This document shows positions 62,682-64,000 of a stretch of 64,000 bases of DNA, one piece after another. Origin of the DNA: Escherichia coli (lineage in GTDB: Bacteria > Pseudomonadota > Gammaproteobacteria > Enterobacterales > Enterobacteriaceae); NCBI RefSeq assembly GCF_045037415.1, contig NZ_CP173438.1. One strand, 5' to 3'. The notes beneath the pieces are model-generated. The model was not told the DNA's origin, did not search any database, and was given only the letters and a program-made list of their open reading frames with translations. Made by a program: the position numbers and the translations under genes. The first letter of the stretch is position 1. Each line of letters starts with the position of its first letter.

Positions 62682-63866
62682 TTAAACAGGCTGCCCCTGA
62701 TGCGACATCCGCGTCGCCAGCGGTAGCCAGCACAGCACGATCAACAATCCCATTAAGGTCATCAACAATCCCAGGCTGCCCTGACCGGTTTGCGGCAACA
62801 TCGCAGAGAGCGACGCCAGCACGCCGGAACCAATGTTTTGCAGACCGCCGACCAGCGCGCCAGCGGTGCCCGCCAGGAAGGGGAACGGCTCCATCGCGCC
62901 GCTGGTAGCCAGTGGAAACAGCATCCCGGCACCGAAAAAGAACAGCGCGGCGGGAATGAGCAGCGTCCAGACATTCATCACGCCAAACCAGTCGGGGATC
63001 CACATCAGCAAGCCAGCCAGCAGGCAACAGATAACCGACTGCCACATCAACGTTGAGAAGCGTTTATTGGGACGTCCGGCAAACCATGCGCCAAAAAATG
63101 CCGCCGGAATCGGCAGAATAAACAAAATACTGACCGTCATACTGCTCAGCCCTAACACCGCGCCCATCAGCACGCCGGAGCAGGCTTCAAAGGCGGCAAT
63201 TCCGGCCAGACCGCCAATCAGCATCAGCAAATAGCAGTTAAAACCGCTGTTACCGAAAAGCGTTTTATAACTGGTAAGCAGGCGCGTGCGCGGTGCGTCG
63301 ACCGGACGCGTTTCCGGCATCCAGCGGGCCATACTGAAAGTCACACCGGCACAAAGAACCAACAAAAAGAGATAACAGGCGCGCCAGTTCCACATCGTAT
63401 CCAGCAGACCACCGATTAGCGGTGCGAGCAGCGGACTGACAAGAATCCCCATGTTTAACAGGCTGTTAGCGTGGCGCAACTGTGTCCGTTCATATAAATC
63501 GCGCGGCAAAGTACGCGCCATTACGCCGCCAACGCCGGTGCCCATCCCCTGCATCGCGCTGGCGGCAATCAATACCATCAAACTGGAGGTCGAGACCGCG
63601 ACCAGCGTTGCCAGCATAAAAATGGACATTCCGACGAGGATCACTGGTCGGCGACCCACGCGGTCGGAAATCGGGCCATAAAACAGCTGTGAGACACCGT
63701 AAGTCAGCAGATAAGCGCCCATTACGCTCTGCACCGCCCCTTCACGGACATTGAGATCGCGCGCCATATCGGCAATAGCTGGAATATAAATGGTTTGCGC
63801 CATCTGACCGACGGCCACGAGTAATACCAACATCAATAACAAATTGACGTTTCTATGCCTTTTCAT
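62682..63866 (-). CDS. emrD: MFS multidrug efflux transporter EmrD (394 aa)
   Basis: ORF 62682..63872; start MKRHRNVNLLLMLVLLVAVGQMAQ…. Confidence 0.9.
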   Translation of the reverse strand: MKRHRNVNLLLMLVLLVAVGQMAQTIYIPAIADMARDLNVREGAVQSVMGAYLLTYGVSQLFYGPISDRVGRRPVILVGMSIFMLATLVAVSTSSLMVLIAASAMQGMGTGVGGVMARTLPRDLYERTQLRHANSLLNMGILVSPLLAPLIGGLLDTMWNWRACYLFLLVLCAGVTFSMARWMPETRPVDAPRTRLLTSYKTLFGNSGFNCYLLMLIGGLAGIAAFEACSGVLMGAVLGLSSMTVSILFILPIPAAFFGAWFAGRPNKRFSTLMWQSVICCLLAGLLMWIPDWFGVMNVWTLLIPAALFFFGAGMLFPLATSGAMEPFPFLAGTAGALVGGLQNIGSGVLASLSAMLPQTGQGSLGLLMTLMGLLIVLCWLPLATRMSHQGQPV

Positions 63867-64000
63867 TATCACGGATGCTTTTATAAAAATAATTAGAATA
63901 AGTCACTACGCATTCCCATAAATGCGGGAGAGGAATCTATCACATTGATGAATGTTAGCCAGATATACGCCAGGAATGGGGAATTGTTTAGCGGCAGAAT

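Overview
This 64-kb window reads as a contiguous, syntenic stretch of Escherichia coli core chromosome (K-12-like gene order, in the orientation opposite to the MG1655 convention). It runs from the 3' end of atpB through atpEFHAGDC, glmUS, pstSCAB-phoU, the cryptic bgl operon (bglGFBH), yieLK, cbrCB, yieH, adeP, chrR, yieE, yidZ, mdtL, the tna operon (tnaCAB), mnmE, yidCD-rnpA-rpmH, dnaA-dnaN-recF-gyrB, yidBA, yidX, the dgoRKADT operon, cbrA, yidRQ, ibpAB, yidE and the yidL/yidKJ/yidHGF locus to emrD. I annotate 62 protein-coding genes and find no rRNA, tRNA, IS element, prophage, integrase or CRISPR array; the unassigned ORFs over 60 aa are nearly all antisense to conserved genes. I see no convincing evidence of a novel, undescribed system. 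The observations most worth a second look are strain-specific lesions relative to my recollection of K-12: a premature TAA stop truncating bglG, a net +1 frameshift splitting the sulfatase gene yidJ, and apparent absence of the glvCBG-yidP segment (and possibly yidI). All identifications come from recognising translated proteins and known regulatory motifs by eye; no database search or alignment was run, so exact start codons and strain comparisons are provisional.
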